64,000 nt of DNA. Source: Balanoglossus misakiensis. Its lineage: Eukaryota > Animalia > Hemichordata. The position numbers and the translations under genes were made by a program. Numbering within the stretch: position 1 is the stretch's first letter; each line of letters begins with the position of its first letter. The notes beneath the pieces were generated by a model that saw nothing but the letters and a program-made list of their open reading frames with translations, was not told where the DNA came from and did not search any database. Shown here in pieces: positions 58,801 to 64,000 of this stretch. Location of the stretch: positions 1,800,635 to 1,864,634 of the forward strand of contig CM082595.2 of the NCBI GenBank assembly GCA_040954595.2. The letters are read 5' to 3'.

Positions 58801-61800
58801 CCTGATGAAACTTACTGAAGTACGAAGAGTAAAAACTCTGCAATATCTTCTGCATAATAGTCAGGCAATGATGCAAATTCCATGGGCACATCTTGTGGTA
58901 GTGGGAGTGTACTACAATACAAAGAGAAATCAAGAATTGATGCACATTTATGTCATTGATGAGACATTTTACTTCCAACGACAAGATGATACATTTCTTT
59001 CTCAGATTCTTTGAAGTACATGTATCACACAACCCATGACAAGAAAACAAGAGAAAGTATTTACATGTCGTGTCCTTTCTGAGACGTCATGACACCTGTC
59101 AAAAATTGGACGACACTGCCGTAAAATGTCAGGCTTTTCCGCATCAGTGATTCATCCAACAATCCTGCATCAGCACACAACTTGGAACGCAGTAATTTCT
59201 GAAACAGAAAACGACATTTCATGTGTAAGAACGAAAAGAAGTCAATCAAACCTACAACGGCCAATCACCACTCAGTGGAACCCCGCCCATAATTTGTGCA
59301 TCTAGTCATCATCAATTACTTTTACTAGGTAACCAATCATCATCAACACATTTACCAAACAGCCAATCATCATCAAGCACACCAATTGAACATCCAATCA
59401 CAATCCAGAATGCAACAATACCTTCTGCTGTGCTCTCCATTTCTCGATGAGTTGCCGGTTTCTTTTATCCGTCGCCGTGTATCTCCAAGACGCTTCCTGC
59501 GACTGAAGATCTTCAATCATTCGTCCTAATTCCCGAATTGCTCGTAATCTTCTACTGTAATGTCTGGTACATGGCAGTAGTGCCAGATGATGACAATGCA
59601 ATGTCAGGAAATAACATTCTGTAGTAAATTTGGGATCAGTCCAAGACGAGTTTTTACCTGAATAGAAATAACGAAAACACATTAGGATCTGTTCTCAAAA
59701 GAAACCCCCAAACCATGAAAGATTCAAGTTGACACATGTATATCAAATCCATTTATGACATCATAATCACAACTTACTCAACGTTTTCTGCCAATCCTTC
59801 ACTTCCTGTGCTGTGGCTTTGAGTCTGGAATCTTGGGTGATGTCAATACGACACTTTGGACTGTGTAAATACATTGGGTCAACCTACAAGTAATATCACA
59901 AAAGTAATTTGAGTTCTGTCTTTCTTGCTTTGTGGAGGTTCAAAAGACATAAGGGTTTCCATGGTCACATACAGCACATTAGACCCAAAGACTATCACTT
60001 GGATACACAACAATATGTCATCACCAGATTAAAATTCAACTCTACCTTGTCGAGTTTTATTTTCACACTCAGTTGCTGTAAAACATGCAAGCAGTTCAAC
60101 ATGTATCCATCATTGCACAGTAGACTATCATCCGCCTGAAAATAATAACAAAATATTGTTCTAGATTAATAATGGAAATCTTGTTACAAGACTAAATGTG
60201 GTCAAGATGGTGAGGACAGATGAATTCTACCAAATGTCAGATGGTGGGGACAGATGCAGATGTATAAAGGGGCCAGGTAAATGAAATTCATAATATACTG
60301 CAGTTTGGCCAAGTAAACACTGTTCCCATTAAACATGAAATCTCTATCTTACCTGCATTTGTGCTTTTTTATGATTTCTGTTAATCGAGGCAGAGATAAA
60401 ACGAAGTCCATCTTCTCTTGTATCACTGTTCACCAGCACACTGTGCAGTACTTTAAATAACTCAGCCTGTGTCAAATTAATAAAAGTTGAAACATAAAAA
60501 CAAAGTCGAGAATAAACGAAAATAATGATCAGGCAGAGAACCAACAAAACATTCATGATCAGAATTCAACGAATCAGAAATAGATCATATATAAACAATC
60601 CCAACGATAAATTTGCAAGGAATATGCAGTAAGATCTACAATGCACACGGTAATTTGTAGGAAGTCAGCTATACTGGATCATATCACCAAACAAAACACT
60701 ACATGAGTCATGATACAATGTACATGGATGAAGTCACGAAGATTCTATATCATAATTTTATAAAACTATGTGATGACAGTAATTGATAGCTAACTTACCC
60801 GGACAGTTTCCAGTGAGCTCTGTAATGTTTGATTGATCAATTTTGTGGTGTTGTCATTGCTTAGTTGCACAGAGAAGAACTTGTCCACTACTTTGTTCTA
60901 TAACAAATAAACAGAAAAATTGATTTACTACAAAACAAATCAGCAATCATATACATGTACATACTTAGGGTATTTTTTGAATGATCATAACATGATGTCT
61001 AAATGCCAAATATCTCATAACTGAATGTGAAGGAGTGTGTATCCATGATACTTACATCATCCTCTGCAAATACAGATAAACCGTAGAAATTCCCTAAGAA
61101 TGAAAGTCTCTGTAATTCTCTGCCTTCAGCATTGGTGATAGCTTTAGGCAACCAGAAGGGCTGGGATGTCATCTGAAATAAACCACAAAACGATAAATCA
61201 AAAACACAGAAACAATATAACTAACATTATGACATGTATACACCTACAGCATTGTGTCATCATTTGAGGAGAATGAGAATTTTCAAGACAAAACAACAAA
61301 GATCTACTTACCAGATTACATATTGGACGCTGTGATCCACACTTGATCTCACAAAGTTCAGTTAATGCCTGCAATAACAATTTCACACCTTGTTTAGTTA
61401 AGTATATCTGACGTGCAGATATCAGTTAGTGATCAGTGATCTCTCTAGGATAGATACAGGTATAACTGACTAAGATGTAGTTGGTTCTTTTGTACAACCT
61501 ACATGGAATTGAAAGTACTTACATATAGTGGATATTTGAAATTGTCACAATCTAGGCCACATCGCTGTACGCCTTGCATTAGGCCAATCAATACTGGTGT
61601 GAACACCTAACAAGGAAGAAATCATTTACATACTTATTAGACAACCTGTTTGTCCAGTAACACCAACTGAACATTGAAGTCTGTGTGAAAAATCCACACA
61701 AAGGAATGAGTTCACATCCAGAGACTAGGGTTGATAATATACCTTGAAAATGTACATATTCATCAGCAGAAGAGGTCGTGATGACTTACATTATGGAATG

Positions 61801-64000
61801 TCTGTTGATCTTGACTTGTGACATGCACCATTTCATACAGAAAGCCGCGAGGAAGATTCCGACACAGTAAATACGGTACAAGCAATGATGGCCTCGTGTT
61901 TATCCTACACAGATGGCAAAAGAAAAACAAAATGTTTAAGAAGTCTGATGACTGGTGAAAATGGTACTTGTAACACATCTTGCGTTGTTGGTTTTAGCAC
62001 TGTGATTGGTTGAATCAATTTTGTGTTTGTTATTGGTTAAGAGTTTTCGAACTATAAACTGATCAGGTAACATCTGTGACATCAACTTTCCCCACACAAT
62101 ATATGGCTGTAACCTGGTCTCACTGATTTCTTACCTTGGTTGTGTGAACACTCCCTGTAAGACCAAGGCTGCATGACTAGCACACTGCCGTCTGATTTCA
62201 GCAAATACCAAACTCAACGGAGGTTGACTGCATCGCTATTAACAAAACAATATGCAATATCAATTGATCCGTTCACCAGTTCTGTCTCAATACAAGACTT
62301 CTTTGTATGTGTATGTCAACTCAAATTTTCGAAGTCCATGGGACAAAATTTCCTTACCTTTGGAGCATTTCTTTCCTCCATACTGACTCTATCAAAGCAT
62401 TCCATTAAATAATTCAGCATTTCAGTTTCCCTGCAAGGTTCGATGTTAAATAACTCCTTGCCAGACTCTGCCACTTGGGGCGCTGTCCTTGGCAATGTAA
62501 AGCTGTACCTGCAATCAAATTGATAAAATAATTCAATAAACTCTCAAACGGAAATGTTTTCATAGCAAGAGAGGTGTGAAATGCCAGGACTTTTCCAGAG
62601 TGCATGAACACAGTCCAAGACTTTACATTTGCATATGAATCATGTGATCTGCAGTACTTTGATAAATTCTGGGATGATAACAACAAAGTTTTAAAGTTTA
62701 CCCTTGAGGTCTTGTAGCATAGTTTTTGCTTGGTAACGTTGACAATCTCGGATGAACACTGGCTGTGAGACTCGGCAGTTTATTTTTACTGGAACAGTGG
62801 TGGGTTAAAACTTCCATCATAACCTGATTGATAAGGTCTTTTAAATCTAAATAAACTGGATGAAGAGAAAAAAAAATATGCACTTTATATGTCAAACGTA
62901 TTCATTCAGGAACAGATATTGATATCATAAAAAACTGGTTTCATGAGATACATGTATTGGCTTTTTTAATTTCAGTGACTCGGGCGAAGCCAGAATAGTT
63001 GTTGGGAAGAAAATTATACTGTCAAGCTAGTGGTTTTAATTTGGGAGAATAATACATGAATATCTCCCTCACCGGAGTTTAATCAAGAAGACAATGCATA
63101 TGTACCTTGCTGTGGATCAGTCTTGAACTCCACAGCTAACTGATGCAAAAATATGACATCACGACCCTTTTCTGTCCAGGAAACACGAAATACTCGACAA
63201 ATCGCAGCAAGAAGTTGCTCATCTGTCACATCACTGCTCATGCTCCCCTCCTGAAATATTCAACATTTAAACATTAATCTGTTACTTGAACATCTACTGG
63301 TACATCATATACCATCCCCTTCATAGTATGAATTCCTCTTACCTTTTGACTCATCATTTTTTTCTCTTTTCTGTCGGTATCTTCCATTTCTTGAGTTTCA
63401 ATTCCAGAGTCAACATCCATCTGAGACAGGGTGCTATTGATAACAAGAACCACAGATACAAGACTTACGTTTGTTGGTTTTTATATGAAGTAAAACACAA
63501 TCCATCAATATCATTAATTTCATGGTTATTTCTCCATTTTGTTTCACATGAAACATGATGACCATCCTACTACTACTAGTACCCATTACTAACATTCAAC
63601 TCACATTAAAATTTAACAAGGCAAGTTTGCTTGGAAACAATGCCAAGACTGTAATTGTTGCTAGATATTTTCTAAACACTGTCTAACCTTTTCTCAGGGT
63701 TATCAGTCTCCATCTCCATGGACTGTGAGAAACTGCTTGTATCCATGGATTGGTCTTGTGAACAACGCAATGATGCCAATGAATCGGATGCATCTCCTGT
63801 CATGTCAAGAGTTCGTTTAGCTTGAGTGACATTTTGAGAAGTGTTCCCAGCTGGTGTTTTCGATGATGGCTTGTCACTCGTTGATGGTTGGGGTGACGGT
63901 AGTGACTGAGAACTTGGACTTGATTGTGCGGTGGTTGTTTCCTGTACTGGTGGTGTGGATGACTGTGAACCACTCTCGCTGCTGCTACTGGCAACGCCAC
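55869..64000 (-). CDS. UBE4B: Ubiquitin conjugation factor E4 B (Ufd2 core + U-box); 5' part outside window
   Basis: About 25 GT-AG exons, e.g. 64000-63688 (...[13 protein letters not shown]), ~63434-63343 ([10 protein letters not shown]), 58688-58571 ([10 protein letters not shown]), 58325-58081 ([11 protein letters not shown]), 57888-57747 ([20 protein letters not shown]), 57176-56985 ([15 protein letters not shown]), 56732-56558, 56405-56259 (U-box [33 protein letters not shown]), 55942-55869 (stop TAG). Confidence 0.96.
56172..56238. repeat. Compound (CA)n microsatellite in last UBE4B intron
   Basis: cacacacgcacacacacgcacacacacatgcacaaacacacc...cagacagacac. Confidence 0.85.
57639..57711. 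repeat. Short tandem repeat, 4 x TTCAAGATGGCCGA, in UBE4B intron
   Basis: caatttcaagatggccgaca-caatttcaagatggccgac-ttcaagatggccgaca-caatttcaagatggccga. Confidence 0.9.
58460..58553. mobile_element. Degenerate relative of the TTAA MITE family
   Basis: Retains ACAGGGAA...CTGGGGGTGAAAG right end and a TGGTTTG segment; termini decayed. Confidence 0.4.

Noticed and set aside
63800-64000. ORF-track protein [11 protein letters not shown]...
   Set aside because: Wrong frame; the UBE4B exon reads [16 protein letters not shown]...[13 protein letters not shown] in another frame.
1-64000. tRNA, rRNA, snRNA or snoRNA genes
   Set aside because: No cloverleaf/A-B box or recognisable structural RNA seen by eye; Infernal/tRNAscan would be needed to exclude intronic snoRNAs.

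Overview
AT-rich, intron-containing eukaryotic (bilaterian invertebrate-like; taxon not determinable from sequence alone) genomic window with six spliced protein-coding genes reconstructed by hand from GT-AG exons. They are: RANGRF/MOG1 (-, 3' end outside window), an atypical centrin-like EF-hand gene (+), cation-dependent mannose-6-phosphate receptor M6PR (-), kazrin (+, 14 coding exons, 12-kb first intron with candidate alternative first exons), an uncharacterised 335-aa gene (-), and UBE4B (-, 5' end outside window). Two features stand out. First, a ~15.3-kb giant palindrome (~28.3-43.6 kb) made of two oppositely oriented arms of an 87/88-bp satellite, whose unit-variant patterns mirror each other about ~34.78 kb; it is wedged between two convergent poly(A) signals. 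Second, the uncharacterised gene carries a near-perfect YAP/FAM181-type TEAD-binding Omega-loop, a YAP-like ETDLxxxLF helix placed after (not before) the loop, and an AT-hook, but no WW domain, making it a candidate undescribed TEAD cofactor. Smaller items include a perfect 64-bp palindromic insertion with a 9-bp TSD, a piggyBac-like TTAA MITE family, and a tandemly amplified splice donor. All coordinates were counted manually and no searches were run.
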